Source of the DNA: Dicyema japonicum
Lineage: Eukaryota > Animalia > Dicyemida
Reading direction: 5' to 3'
Assembly: GCA_011109175.1 (NCBI GenBank)
Contig: RDEW01000009.1
Location: 578,875-642,874 of the forward strand
DNA length: 64,000 nucleotides
Shown here piece after piece: positions 12,130 to 26,182 of the stretch. The notes below the pieces were generated by a model that was given only the letters and a program-made list of their open reading frames with translations, ran no database searches and was not told the DNA's origin. The first letter of the stretch is position 1; each line of letters opens with the position of its first letter. A program made the position numbers and the translations under genes.

Positions 12130-13420
12130 ATCCTGTACAAATTGAATATTGAAACTCCATAAGCCCATGAGGCACAAGCATACTCAACCGTAGTTTAAAA
12201 GTTGATTGTACAAGACACAGCACATTCCCGTGACGGCCCGGACTTTAAGAACGATTTCATTACCATTCAGTTTTCGAGACCCTTTGTCATAACGTTTTCA
12301 CATTTAAGAAATGTTATCAAAGGGTCGAAAGTCACTCCCAGAATAGTTGGATGAATCTGTAAAGGTAAAGAGTCTCCATATATGCTCAAATCCAGTATAT
12401 ATTTTTCTTTTCTGTCTGTGGTGAAGATAGTAATCCGGAAAGAAAAGAGAATTGGCTATCCATCTTTTCAAAGCGGACTGAATGGTGGTGTCAAAAAACT
12501 TTTTCGTGAGTAATGTTCTCGGGACAGAATCGAACGCCTTCTGGATATCCAGGGAGACCAATATTCTCCTTAGATGGCATTTCGGTTTGTTGAACCTTCT
12601 GATATATATAGACAGTGAAGTCAAATGTGTCGTAGTTGAACGCTCACATTTGAAACTATGTTGAAAGTGGCTGTCGGGAAAATGGGATTTAATTTTCCAG
12701 ACTAGGACTTTCTTCATTAGGCGCGATAATGCGCACATCAATGAAATTGGAATGGTAGGAAGAAGGTAAGGTTTTCGGTTTTTTTATTTTTAAGAAGGGA
12801 TATTATAAGAGTTTCTTTCCATTTGCATGAAATGACGTTCTTGTTAGAAGACAAATAAAAAATTGACGTAATCGAATTGATTGCAACATTACCAAGCAAA
12901 ATTCCCGGAATACCGTCAGGACCACACGTAAGAGATCTCTTCATCGATCTTATAGCCTGTGTGACCTCGGCATGCGTAAATAAATCGATCCACGAGGTTG
13001 GTTTAGGCATTAAATTCTGAAAGTGACAAGAATGAGATTTCGAGAAGTCCTTGTGACTTATATATGCGTAATATTTCATTAGGTTGTTAGCTTGTTCAGT
13101 ATTTGGAGCAGAAAAGGATTCTGATACATCGTGGATTTCATATGTCCAATAGATGATAATAGGCGGTTCCACGGCATATCTTTCTTTTTTGATGAGTTTT
13201 GTTACTCTCTAATTTAAACATTTTATATTTTCCAAATCAGAAGAGGTTTGTTGATGATTCATCTTCAGGCAGTTTCTTTGCTTGATAAGGAGACGAGTTT
13301 CCGAGTCCAGAGTAGTCTTGTAGGATTTGTAAACTGCACGTGGTACAAACAACTTTTCAGCTCGAAGGATTACATGGTTTAGATGGTCCACTGCTTTCAT
13401 GTTTCATAATGGTTCAATGT
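12130..13420 (-). mobile_element. Vingi-like LINE RT region (decayed)
   Basis: ORFs 12304-12741 and 12738-13172: CGPDGIPG, QHSFKCERSTTTHL, LDIQKAFDSVPR. Confidence 0.85.
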
Positions 13421-14299
13421 TTCATAAGGGGACGAATGTGCGACTTTCCCCATTGACGTGATAGAATTTGTATTGATTGGAATTAACGGAAGTGTTTCAG
13501 TGGCAAATTTGTATCTATAAAGTGATGAGCTCTATCTCCGACCTAAGTTTCCCACTTGATCTTAAATAGTTTAAGGTTATGGTCACTTTGTATGTCGTAA
13601 ATAATTGACCAAACAGTGACTTAGTCAAAAATTATATTGAATATTATTTCTATAGCAACATCGAATGTCCGAACTACACATTATTGGGCAAATATACAGT
13701 GCTTCGGATTTTAATAAAAAGAATATATCTTGTAAATGGGCGTTAAGCTTTGGTATGGCAAATAATATTATATAAAAGGTCAAGGGTTCAAATTATTGGA
13801 GGGGAAGACTGATGGACATTCACACAGCGATTACACCCGTCCTCGATGAGACAACATCCTATCTCTGTCATCCGTTTGACATTCATTTATCTTTAAAAAG
13901 TCTTCAAGGTAAAGGGAGATATTAATTTAGGCTGGCCGCGTTTTAATTTTGAAGTCTGGAACTACGGAATCTTTGGAAACTATGAGTTCTTAGGATACGG
14001 GACCTGTCACGTTCCTACTACTCCAGGAATGCACAAAGTTAAATGTCATATATGGCAGCCTTCAGGGGGAAGTTTAAGGGAGCAAGTAATTAATTTTACC
14101 TAAAATAAGCTCATGCAAAGATTATTGGGGGGTTGTATAGAATTAAGGGATTCAACATTAGCCCACAGCGTGAATGCGAGGCAAAATATTAGAGCCGTTT
14201 CAATGGGAACAATCGAACTCCGTATTATGCTCATCTTCAGAAATTTTCAACGCTACGGGATTGAATATTGATTCCATAGTTCAATTAAATAATTTATTG

Positions 14300-14520
14300 T
14301 ATTAAAACATTAATTTTTTGAAAAAAGAAAACAAGTAAAGTCTTTTGGTTAAGAAGTCAGGTTTGCTAAGGCGTTCCTTCAGATCACCGCCATTCGAGCC
14401 TCGGCTCCAACCAGAATCCTCGCAGGGGTCACATTTCTTCGAAGCAAGCATTTGTCCTATACTGGAGAGAAATTCGTCCGTCTTCTCTCCCACGACCCCG
14501 GAAGTCTTCACCGCAAAAGG
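14300..14520 (-). mobile_element. CRE-like 3' fragment
   Basis: AVKTSGVVGEKTDEFLSSIGQMLASKKC. Confidence 0.7.
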
Positions 14521-14669
14521 AGTGAAATATTAGTTATCCCTGAGTGATCCATACTTTCGGATTTTCCCGATCTCCGTATTGTATTCAATATTTTCAAATT
14601 ATGTCAATATCTTCAAATTCGGCCTTCTGATTGATAGGACAAATTTTTGTGATTAGAATTTAATTTTAA

Positions 14670-17050
14670 CGTCATGTGGTTCGCCGTTTCTGGTGACGAA
14701 AACTGTGGAATATACTTCACAGACAAAAGAACCATCCGATACCTCCAATCCAAGAGGAATGTCTTTCTTGGACGGTCTCCCCACTGGCCTCTCTCTCCTA
14801 CCTTGATGGAAGCCCACCTAATGCTTTCTGGCGATGTGAACCCCCACCTCGAAAACCCATTATTTTGATTCAACTAAACATAAATGGAGTGAAAGGGAAG
14901 ATCCTCGAACTCAGAAACCTCTTAAAAGGGTATAATACTGACATTTGCCTACTCCAAGAAACAAGACTGACTCCTCTTCTTCCACTCCCGTCTTCCCAAA
15001 CTATCACGTTATCAGGCGCGATCGCCCAGCTGGGCGGAGTGGTGGACTGCTTACCCTTATCAAAAAAGAAATTCCGTACGCAAACGAAACTTTTGTCAAC
15101 ATCAAGTCTCCCGTCGAATATATTGGTATTCTAGTCAAGACAAGCATCGGAAACATAAACATATTGATTGTGTATGTGCCACCGCCCAACTCATGCCTCA
15201 AGGAATTCAGGTTCTCCCTGTCAGACATCGACAAATCAAAAAATATAGAAGGCCACTGACCTCAAAAAGACGTCTTCCCCCAGAGCCGATCCACTCATAA
15301 AAGAAAGAAATTACCTAAAAGCCTCCAAAAACAATCCTGGGAAACAAGATTGAGAATTCGTACATTAGAAAGAGAGATCAGGAACAATGCAAAGAAAAAA
15401 CAAGAGAAAGTTTGGAAAAACCTCATGTCCAATCTAAACAAGCAGAACTCCCTTACAAAAATGTGGAAAACACTTAGAAGCTTTAGTAACGCTGACAACC
15501 CGGCCACACGTGATGAAATAGAAAACAAGATCTTCCTAAACAAACTTATGAAGTACTACTCCTCCACGAGTTTCATCCCACACAAAAATTCGAAGGTCCA
15601 TCCATCCTAGCCCTCAAACCTAAAAGAGCTACTCCCCGATTGTCCTCTCTGTGGAGAACATACAGGATATGGTCAAGGGTCAAAAGTCGACTTATTCTTG
15701 TGGTCCGGACGGAATCCCTGCAATAGTTCTGAGAAACATAGGCTTCTATGCTATCATATCTTTCACAAAATTTTCAACTTTTCAATCAACGAAAATTGTT
15801 CTTCCTTCCATATGGAAGCTATCAAACATAAGACCAATTCTGAAACCCGGGACCAAAGGGATCACCATCCTCATACAGACCAATCTCTCTCCTATGTGTT
15901 ACGTCAAAACTTTTGGAAAAGCTGATTCTTGAACCAATCAAATCATACCTTCCTGATGCACTTTTTCAACACGGATTCAGAAAAGGACACTCCACGGAAA
16001 CGCATCTTACATGCCCTACAAATTTAATCAAGGATAGGCTAAAGCGCAAACCTAATCAGAAGTCTTTGTTATGCTCTATCGATATGAAAAAGTTTTCGAC
16101 ATTTTCCCAAGAAAGCTTTTGACAAGTAAGATCTTTACGTCAAAAATTCTAAACAACCTAAAAATCTGGATCGCAAATTTCCTAAATAGAAGAAGAATAA
16201 CTGCTGGAAAAACTAGATCAGTGACCAAGTTCCTTTCAAATGGGGTCCCTCAAGGATCTCCACTTTCACCACATCTATTCAACTATTCTTAAATGAGATG
16301 CCCTCCCTACCAGTGACGATACTCTGGTTCTGACATATGCGATGATATAATCATCCCAGTCAAAGACCAGTGCGTTAATACTGCTGTTTACCGGATGCAA
16401 GCTTCATTGGACGATCTGAACTGTTGACTCGTTAAGAACATTCTACATACAAATCCCGAAAAGTCTTAGACAACAATTTTTATAACAAACAGAAGATTTA
16501 CAAACTCCGCTCCATGTGTAACCATAAATGAAAACTCAATCCCCACGACCAACTCGGTCAAGATACTGGGCGTAACTTACGACCCACACTTGACCTTTAG
16601 CAAACACGTCGACAACGTCATCTCTTCGGCACAACGAATGCTAAATTTTATTAAAACACTCCTTGGACAATATAATAAGTGTTTCAACTCAAATTTGGAC
16701 TCGCTCTACGTGCAGTATATTCAACCGTCTCTAACTTATGGGTGTGCGCATGGGGAACCAACCTATCAAACATGAATATAGAAAAAATCAATACCTTCCA
16801 AAAAATGGCCAGTAAGGCTTTGCAAAGGTTTTCTTGGACACCTCTAAACCCTACACCTTTTGAGGGAACTAGTGAGGAAAACTGGAGCCTTACTACCCTT
16901 CAAAAAAGTTAGAAACCCCCGCCCAATCCGGTAATGCGTTGGAACCCAGGAAGAACACCGAGCAAGAATGAGATGGCTACTCGAGGCGGCCAGAATCACC
17001 TGACGGCTATGTAGTTATTTAATTTGTCGGTGATTTTTGGTTTTTAATAA
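14670..17050 (+). mobile_element. Vingi-like LINE, near full length, decayed
   Basis: Pseudoknot 14670-14735; degenerate 2A LMLSGDVNPH; IQLNINGVKGKILEL; RT motifs GVPQGSPLSP and (Y)ADD-like; terminal stem with (TAA)n. Confidence 0.88.
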
Positions 17051-18430
17051 TAATAATTTCGAGTCTCTGCCTCAACCAGAGTCCCTTCCGTGGCTCGCAC
17101 CTTTTTGAAGCGAGTTTGCTTCCAATGCTGTGAAAAAAGGCGTCCGTCTTCGCGCCTACAGTTCCAGTTGTCTCCACAGCAATGGGGGCGAAATGGTAAT
17201 GGTCTCCGAAGGATTTGTACTTATGGATATTCTTGACCTCCGCCTGGTCGGCTGCGTCTCCAAGAGAGTGCGTCGCCGTCAGCAATATGGCTCCTGAGAA
17301 GGTTTCCACACACGTTGCGTCCCAGACGAGTGATTTTCCGTGGGAGTATGGGAATAACGTCATTTCATCCGGCCTCTTCCCGTCGCCTCTGTCTAAACCC
17401 AATGGTTCCAATTGGGCCGGAAATTCCGCAACCTTGAGGGCTGCGTGGCGCGGGGCTCGACCAGCATTCCGTCGACAAGAGAGTGGATGTAAGCCTTTCG
17501 TATCAACGTCCCCTCCGCAAAGGCATTTGTCTCTCTGGCATATTTCCAGTCCTAGGCGCAGTGCCACCCCGATCCTCAGGCTGTTTTCGTCAAGGAAGGT
17601 CCCCAAATGTAGGCACGGTAGGGCCTCGAACCAGATTCCATTTCCGCGATGTGCGGCCGACTTAATGTTTGCTAGTCGATGTTGGTTGCCGCTTGTCTTC
17701 GCGGCTTCCAGAGTGTTCATATATGAAATTGAGTCCCAACTCTTCTGGCAAGCAAAGTTCGACGGGAATTCCAAGCCCAACTCTTCCACAACTTGCTAAC
17801 TCTATCAAGCTCCGAGTCCAAGGTATGTCCGGTTGCGTTACGTAGGACTGGTTGGATCAAGCGACTGCAGCTCGCAAGGGATGAAAGGTAGGCAGGCAGG
17901 GCGGCCTCAAGGGGGATCTTAACCCAATACCCCCATTTCTCGCAGGTAGTTTGCACATTGTCCAGCCCAGATGATCGAATTTGACAATCAATATTGACTC
18001 CGCCGATCGTCTCAGAGTCCTATCAGCCGACAATAGTGCTCTCCGGTGTTCAAAACATGGTAAACATTTCAAAGTATACATCATCTTCGACATGAAAATA
18101 CATTTTTTGAGCAAGAAGAAAGACATATGTGGATCCAAAGATGATACTCTCTTTGTAAAGGCTTCAACTTCATTATCCTTACTGGTAGGGAAGTTTTCCA
18201 GCTCGTCGTTTACGAGAGGGCAGCCGAGGAAGTGTGCCTTGTCCAAGGAGGATATGCTGAAACCTGGAATTAGGGATCTGAATTCTTGGCAGGCAGTAGA
18301 AAAGCTTGGAGATGAGAAGGAAATATTGATCAGTTCCGATTTCATAACATGACACAAATTTAATTCATCTTCTGAAGGTGGATGTAATCTCCAGTCCTTT
18401 TTTAACATTAGAACCCAAGGTATTTGCATA
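17040..18430 (-). mobile_element. CRE-like element 3' 1.4 kb (RT thumb, zinc knuckle, endonuclease)
   Basis: ORFs 17857-18429, 17717-17956, 17019-17789: CLCGGDVDTKGLHPLSC, GKRPDEMT, VWDATCVET, AVETTG. Confidence 0.88.
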
Positions 18431-18657
18431 TCCTATGTTCTTTTTGGTTTTGAAATTTCTGATTTTTGATGTTCAGAGTCCACCCTTCCGTTCATCCATA
18501 CTTGAAAAAGACGAGGAATTGGGAAAGAAATTTAATAATCAAACTATGCCACCACATAAACCTTTAAAGCACGGTTTAAGTCAAAGTACTATTATTTGTA
18601 AATCCAAATAAATCAATGCATAAAAAGAAGGTACAAAAATTATCAGAAAAAAGACAA

Positions 18658-20732
18658 TTACTTTTTTAAAGTAATACTAATAATCTTAATTTCTTCTAAT
18701 GGTTTTTCTGTCTTCTCTGTAACCTTAGCATGTGATATATTCTGAACAACTTCCATTCCCTTGAAGACCCGTCCAAAAATAGTATGTTTGTTATCCAACC
18801 ACGGCTAAAATCATCTACCGACAAATACAGTAGGGACTGTTGTGATGAAAAACTGCGACCCATTTGTGTTGGGTCCACGATTGGCCATACTCACAGTAAA
18901 CGGTTTATCGTGGTTCAACGAAGGGTCGAACTCGTCCTCAAAGTTTCCTCCCCAAATGGACTCTCCCCAGTCCCTAGTCCATCTGGGTCTCCCGTCTGAA
19001 TCATGAAGCTCCTGATGACTCTATGAAACAAATGCCCATTGAAGTATGAATTCCTGGCGTGCACACAGAAGTTCTCAACAGCCTTAGGGGACCTGTTACC
19101 AGTAACACCAATAATACTCTTTCCCAAATAGTTTGATGTGAATATCCCCGTATGAGGTGTGCAGAATAGCCGAGGTTGAAATAAGGAAGGGCTCGAATTC
19201 CTGAGAATTCTCAGTGAGCTCGTCCTTTGTTGGTTTCTCGTTGAAGATATCTCGGTCCAATTCTCCGCTGAAAATAATAGAAAAACTAACTTTTCAGAGT
19301 CGGGTGGTTCATTCCGTGTGAACAGAAAAATCCGATTCTTCCTAAAGGCTGTGCAGAACAAAGTCGGGTCCGCCCGAACGTTGACGTAAAAGCTCCGGTT
19401 AACCACCATTTCCGCAGTGACGACGCTACTGATCCTATTCCCTCGTGGAATTCCTTGAAACAAAGCCAAATGGACAAATCTGCAATTCTCGTTCTTCCCA
19501 AAAATCGTGGAAACAGTGTTGCTGACAAGATTGACCACTACCATTACCAAAATTACTACCTTTAATGCCCAACATTGTTGCATATATAAGGAAGAACCCA
19601 CTGTCATCGTAAACTAGACATTATCTCACGAAATAAAACTAATATTGTAATATTTGTAGTAAATTGACTTTTCTAGGTCCTTTCTATGGCCATTCTCCTC
19701 CCAAACTCCATGTTGGGGATCACAGATTTTCGTTGCTGCAAATCTACCACCAAACTCAAAGATTCGTCGATTAGTTTGATTAATTTTCCCGTTAAGAAAT
19801 TGAAAATCCTAATCTTTCTGTCAGAACACATTGTGGCCATTTGGTCTCCACTGGGTGAAAAGGTCAAGTCCAATGGATAGCATTTAAGCTGTCATTAAAC
19901 ATCAAAAAACCTCCAACATGCAATATAAATCAGTAGAAATTTTCTCTGTTGCCGAGAACCCGACAATTCCTGTGGGAAAGCGGAATTCTGTCGTTTGATT
20001 AGTCCAGTACTCGATGAGCCCCTGTGCATCGCAGGACACAACCACATCATACACTCCATTGAACTGGAATTGATAAATAAGATACTTTAATGATATTAAC
20101 CGGGCAAAAATGTCGGTTTGAAATGACCGCCAAAACTGGTCTGGTGTTATCACGTGCTTCAAAAATGTGTATGTTGTTGGAATTCTTTTCAGAGACTGCT
20201 ATAATCAATTCTGGGTCGTTTTTTGAATAAATCCAACCACAAGAGAGTGGTTCAAAACTGAGTCTCTTCATAGTGATCATGTCTAAAGTCAGAAAACAAA
20301 GAAACCGAAGTTGACCACCTCAAAAATTTTCATGGTCTTGTCATTAGAGACCGTGGCTACCATCTTCCCATCAAAACTGACAGCTGTATGTTCCACGTTG
20401 CCAATGTGGCATCTGAAATGTTTGACAAATTCAATCCCATCGAGTGTTTTTTTCCAAAATTTAAGATGGCCGTCGTCGCTTACTGTAATTAGAAAATCAT
20501 CTCTGAAAGTAAATTTAAAAAATACGCTGCTGTGGCAACAAATGTGATGGTTCCTCTGTGCATGTAACTCTTCTCGTAAGAAGTAGCTGAGGGGAGACTA
20601 TCTAGGTAGTATTTTTCATTGTCAAGTTCTGAATAACTATGGACTTATACTTTTTTGTCTTTTGGGCTTTGGAATTGACGGTCCCACAAATTCACTAATT
20701 TCTTGCTGATCGCCTTGTATCTCGGATGACAT
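18658..20732 (-). CDS. PPWD1: Peptidylprolyl isomerase domain and WD repeat-containing protein 1, multi-exon
   Basis: [20 protein letters not shown] repeats, [62 protein letters not shown]-stop; tiny introns. Confidence 0.92.
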
Positions 20733-21109
20733 GAGAGCTCTAAAATTCAAATTATTTAATCATTAATTTTAAGATAATTAATATAGTTATTATTAATAAC
20801 TATATGCGTGTTAAATTCAGCAATTTATTATATTTCCAAAAATAAGCCTTCTCGATGAGTCAAGTCTAAGAATGGTCAGAGTTCTAATCTCCAATATTGA
20901 GTTCTTTGGGAGAATCGGAAAGACTTACTCAAGAAAATTTAAAACAAACGCGGGCACTCAGATCACTATAACTAAGAAAATAGAGGAAGTGATTTATGCA
21001 GACGACGTCGACGAATACTGTGCACTCTTGTATCTATTAGAAAAAGCACTGGATATACTTGGGAAATAATTTTTAACTGCAAACAGAGACAAAAAAAGAA
21101 TTCATGGAA

Positions 21110-23560
21110 TTATGTCAACTAGTTAGGTTATCCCAGTTCCCCCAACTAAACGTTCCATCCAAAGCCTGTGTTCCTCCATTGTTCCCACTGCCGAACGGAA
21201 ATGCCTTCTTTGATCCTTGCAGAGGAAAGTTCCAGCTATTCCCTTCTTTCTGGATTACCTTGGTCAATGTTACATCCCTCCACAGGAGTTCTGTCCAACT
21301 TCTATGTTCCCCAAATATTCCGCCTTTCAGGACTGAAGAATTTACTAATATGTTGCGATCTCAACGCTCGTCATCCCTTGTGGCTAACTTCACAGTCTAT
21401 TGACAACCGAGGTGATCTCCATGAAAATGGCATTAAAGACATGATTGTCCTAAATGACCCTAACGTCCATACGGGGACTCCACTTAGGACCACAGATGGT
21501 TGTACATCACCAGATTTGACGTTATGCTCTCCTTCATTGGCAAAACTGGCTTCGTGGAATGTGAGTTATGGTTTTTCCAGCGATCATAACCCTATATCTC
21601 TACATCTAAGAGGATTTCGGCGGAGCCGTATGCCCCAAAATCAAGTGAAAAAATTCAAGAATTATCGCAAGTTAGACTGGACCGGCTTTAGTAATTATGT
21701 CGATGATGTGTTGGACAAGGGTCTGTCATTGGAAATACGTTCAATTGACGAGGCTGCAAAACTTATCAGTGAAGCAATCCAACAGGCCGACAAGATTTTC
21801 ATTCTTCATATACAAAATTTGTCCCTACTTTAAACCCACGCACCCTTCAGCTCATAAAACGAAGAGACCTTTTAAAGCGATCGAAACTAATGGACGTAAA
21901 CTCCTTGGGAGCAATCAGAGGACTAAACAAGGAAATCAGTCAAGGCCATTAGAGAACATCGGAGCCAGAGATGGGGTCACTCTGTCAATTGCCTAAATAA
22001 AAAGTGCTCATCTTCCCAATTTTGGAGAACTCTAAAGAAAGTCAATATCGTGTTGAAAGACGATCACGAGGCAGGAAAGCCATCTCTAAGAGATGAATGT
22101 CAAATAAAGACATCCAAACTTACTCATGAAACATTATGCTACAATCAGTTTCAAAACTTTCTCAAAACAACTGGACACCAAGTTGAAAAAACCGAAGAAA
22201 AAGCAATACCAAAAACTGTTCTCAGGAAAAAGGTTCTAGAAGCTATCAACGAACTGAAAAGCTCACGAGCATGCGGCCCAGACAAGGTGTCTTTACTCCA
22301 TTTGAAACACTTGAGTAACTACGCAATCTCCTACCTAACGGAAATTTTTAATATGTCCGTTAACTGGCACATTATCTTTAAAATATGGAAGAATTCGCTC
22401 ATCACTCCAATTCATAAGGCCGGAAAACCAAAAGGAGATCCCAGTTCATATAGACCAATCTCACTGACCTCTACTATATCAAAAGTGTTGGAAAAGTTGG
22501 TTTTATCTGAGATTACTCCTTCCCTAACTCAACCGAATTTCCAACAGGATTCCGTTCTGAAGATCAACCACGAGGGATTCTTATCAACGCTTTCGCAGTT
22601 CATTGCGGATGGTTTCAACACTACCACAAAACACATGCGGACAACAATGGTCTCGCTCGACATCAACAAGGCGCTTGACTCGGTACCGAGGAAACATTTA
22701 ATTGGAAAAATCTTTGATTCAAAAATTCGCCCATAACTTGAAGCTATAGTGGCCAATTTTTTTTTCTGGAAGACGTGGAAGGTCATCTGTGACCACCTCA
22801 GATCACGATCACGTTTACTTCCAAACGGAGTACTATAAGGTTCGCCTTTGTCCCCTACTCTATTCAACCTTTTCTTCCACGACTTGCCAGCAGACATTGA
22901 CAAGGACTTCCTACTGCTTTCTTATGCTGACGATATTATCATTGCAACAAGAAGCAGTTCGACATCAGAAGCAGTCTTATTCGTACATAATAAAGTGAAT
23001 TGTGTCCATGATTGGCTGATAGCTAACCGTCTCTCGGTATCGGCTCCAAAATCAACATGCACTCTATTCACCTCCGACCGTAGGTCCAAAGAAGGACCAG
23101 AAATCTCATCGGACATACTCGGATACCTGTCATAAAAAACCCTCAATCTTAGGAGTGACTTACGACAGGCTGCTTAATTTTACCTACCATGCCAAACAAG
23201 TCCTCACCAAAGGACTACAGAAAATGAATTTCACACGGGCTCTTATCCAGGAGACCCCAGTGAATATAAATGAAGCAATCGGAATTATACATCGTCAGAC
23301 AATCGCACCGCCGTGGAATATGCCTCTGCTACGTGGAGATTCGCGTTATCAGAGGCCACTATCCAAAACTAAACTTACTGCAAAGGAAAACAATACCTAT
23401 GTTGGGACCACAACGTGGAACAAAAATACCTTCCCTGCTGACAGAATCTACAACCAATAGATGTGGTTCCGGATTTCTCCGCATTTGCGAGGAAGATGGA
23501 CACCCACTCAGCCTCCCACTGTTTCACGCAATGATATGTAGATAAACTTTTTCCCTTTGG
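21110..23560 (+). mobile_element. Vingi-like LINE (APE-RT), decayed
   Basis: CCDLNARHPLW, SPDLTL, SDHNPI, CGPDKV, YRPISLTS, LDINKALDSVPR, SYADD. Confidence 0.88.
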
Positions 23561-24337
23561 GAGATAGTGAGAATATTATAAGAGAAACCTTGGCTATGAA
23601 TAAACTAAACAATTTATGACTTAAACCAAAAACACCAGAATCAAGTTAAGGATACTCTTATACAACTCGTTTGTCAGATTTATACCTTTATGCAACACTG
23701 GGACTTGAGCTACCTCAAAAGAGGAAGTGGAGAAGTTGGACTCTTTGAAGAGGAATCAGCTGAGAAAAATAATAGGGACAGGATCTCATGTAAAGCAATT
23801 TACAAACATCCCGGCGTGGGCATATAAATAATGACTAAAGTAATTTTAATAATCTAAGGACCGCTTAGAAGGCCGAGAGGTTAAAACGGAAAATGTATGA
23901 CTGAGAATAAGTAATTGAATCCGATTGGAAATTTATGAACATCAACGACACTAAGCGATAGTGAAAATTTAAGTCGTGAAATGTAAACAATATCAAAATA
24001 GTACAGAGTGGCATTGCTGGATATTTGATTATCGCAAAATAAAATAAAGAATTCTTGTACTCAAACGGAAATTAAAGAGGTCCATTATGAAATTTAAATT
24101 TATGTTGATTGCAGATTCCTGGACTAACAAACTAGCATGTCTGTGCGATTAAAACTCTAAGGTTGCCTAACTTTAGAATTGACTGCATGCCATTATTCGT
24201 AAAAAATGAGTACTCTTGTCTCAAGAAATGGCTTATAAACAGTAGAACTCTTTACTGAAGCCAAATTCACGTTATATTTTGATTTTGGCGGCTGACAGTC
24301 CAATCAAAGATGATTATTAAAAAACACTCCCGAGAAA

Positions 24338-24659
24338 GTCGGGTGGCGTAGTGATTAGGTGTCGGGCTAAAGTGACTTATGTTACGGGTTCAATTCTCGC
24401 TGCTGTTCACCTGGTGGAAGGTTCCACGCATCTACGATGCCAAAAGGGTTTGACGAGTGACGCCGTCATCAGTGGATACTCACTGCGGAACTGGATTGTC
24501 TAGAAAGGACCCACACACAAGAAAAAGAAAAAAAAGAAGTGAAGATCTTGGTTCTGCGATTAGTTAAAATTAACTGTTCTTTACTTAAATAAAGTGTGTG
24601 TCCTGCCTATGCGGAGCTATAGATATTATGGCTCTCGTGAAAAGGCTATTATTATTATT
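24338..24659 (+). mobile_element. tRNA-derived SINE, full length, 10-bp TSD
   Basis: A box tggcgtagtgatt, B box ggttcaattc, (ATT)n tail; tcccgagaaa at 24328-37 and 24660-69; nearly identical to 42621-42957. Confidence 0.9.
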
Positions 24660-24674
24660 TCCCGAGAAAACATA

Positions 24675-25640
24675 AAATTAGTTAGTTTCTCTTGTGCCGT
24701 ATTCCGAATCATCATCCTCTCCGTCAGACTCCATCATGATTCTCTGTTGCGCGCTAGTTCTCTTAGGTAGTCCAGGTCGTCGACCGAAGTTAGTCTCATA
24801 CCAACCGCCGATAGGTCTTCGTTCAAGATAGTCGGAAGTGTCGTTCTTGGCATTCCGCGGAATCCAGCTCATGTGTGTGCGAAGTAATTGTACATTCCGA
24901 CATTTGCGGAGACCTGGTCATTTAGACGTAACACGTGGCTAAAGAGGATCCATCTTAATTTGAAAATATTATCTGACAGACGCCAGATTTGCATTTATTA
25001 TAAAGGTTTGCACTAGAGATCTTCATAGGCCAGTTGATCTTGATTACTGATTGGAGCAACTAAAGGACAATGCACAAATGTTCGCTGCAGTCCGACTAAT
25101 GCGAGGAAATAAAAAAGCGACAATACATGTTATGGATGGGAAGGGGGAACTTATCGAAAAAATTAGACGAACAGATCGAATTGATTGCTTCTCATTTTGA
25201 AAAAAACTGATCAATGCGAACGGCCATGAACTGCCTCTTTCATCGGAGAACCGCAGATGCTAGAAACTAAGGGAGTTCAGAGTGCGTGCAGTAAGCTAAA
25301 GAATCACAGAATCACTGGACCGGATGGTGTCTCCTCGGAACTGCTGAATATGGACGTCACATCGAAACCATTGCGACGTTATTTAATGGAATGTTTACAT
25401 CTCACTCGGTCCAACTCATGGGAACGGGATGTTGTTACCTATACAAAAGCCTAACAAACAAAAAGACCACTAGAAAGCCTACTTCCAGTCATATTGTTAA
25501 ACACATTACGCAAAGTTCTTGCATCTGTTGCTTTGAACCGCTTAAAATATCCCACAGGAATATACCTGTCAGCAAGAAAAAGCGGATTTCGTGAAGGAAG
25601 GTCGATAGCGGACATTCTGTGGAGGTATATGCACTGGAAA
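24675..25640. mobile_element. RTE-like fragments: 3' end on minus (24675-25000), RT N-terminal part on plus (25000-25640)
   Basis: Minus: FSHVLRL..GFRGMPRTTLPTILxEDL; plus: KLKNHRITGPDGVSSELL. Confidence 0.65.
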
Positions 25641-25699
25641 TGTTAATTCTGTTGAATATCAACGAATTCTTTCTGAAGGACTTGTTGAAATTTATCAAA

Positions 25700-25940
25700 A
25701 AGGATACTTTTTACAAGATGGTGCTCCTTCACATACTTCAAAGTCTACAAAAGAATATCTCCAAAACAAAGAGATCACAGTTTTAGAAAATTGGCCTCCA
25801 CACTCTCCAGACCTGAACATTATTGAGACTTGTTGAGTTATCTAAAATCAAAAATAAAAGTCCAAAAACAGTTTCAGAACTGTGGATAACAGATCGAAAT
25901 ATTTGAAACACTATGAACAATGAATATATACAATTATTAT
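25700..25940 (+). mobile_element. Tc1-like transposase C-terminal fragment
   Basis: QDGAPSHTSKSTKEYL...WPPHSPDLNIIE (second D and E of the DD34E triad). Confidence 0.8.
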
Positions 25941-26182
25941 ACAAATCCATTCCTAAAAAAACTGACGAAGTTTTTTGCAATTAAGGAGGAACTTCTAAAT
26001 ATTGATTTTACAATTTTTTTAACAAAATCTCGGTTTATTTTGAATTTTGAGTAAAGTGGTGGTAACATGCACGGATTAATTTTCGTTAAAAAAATAAAAA
26101 GTGGAAAAATCTCATTTTTAATGTTCAAAATAGAAAAATAAAAAATAGATTAGTTGTGCTAAAGTTTAAAAAGCATATTTGC

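Noticed and set aside
17215-17799. Long plus-strand ORFs at 17215-17799, 38617-39108 and 40115-40501
   Set aside because: Antisense shadows of CRE-like coding sequence
18915-19607. 230-aa ORF as a separate gene
   Set aside because: Read-through of PPWD1 exons and introns in mixed frames
24440-24495. CTGATGA on the minus strand of the SINE core, suggesting a hammerhead ribozyme
   Set aside because: The GAAA half is CAAA, and the required stems overlap the core
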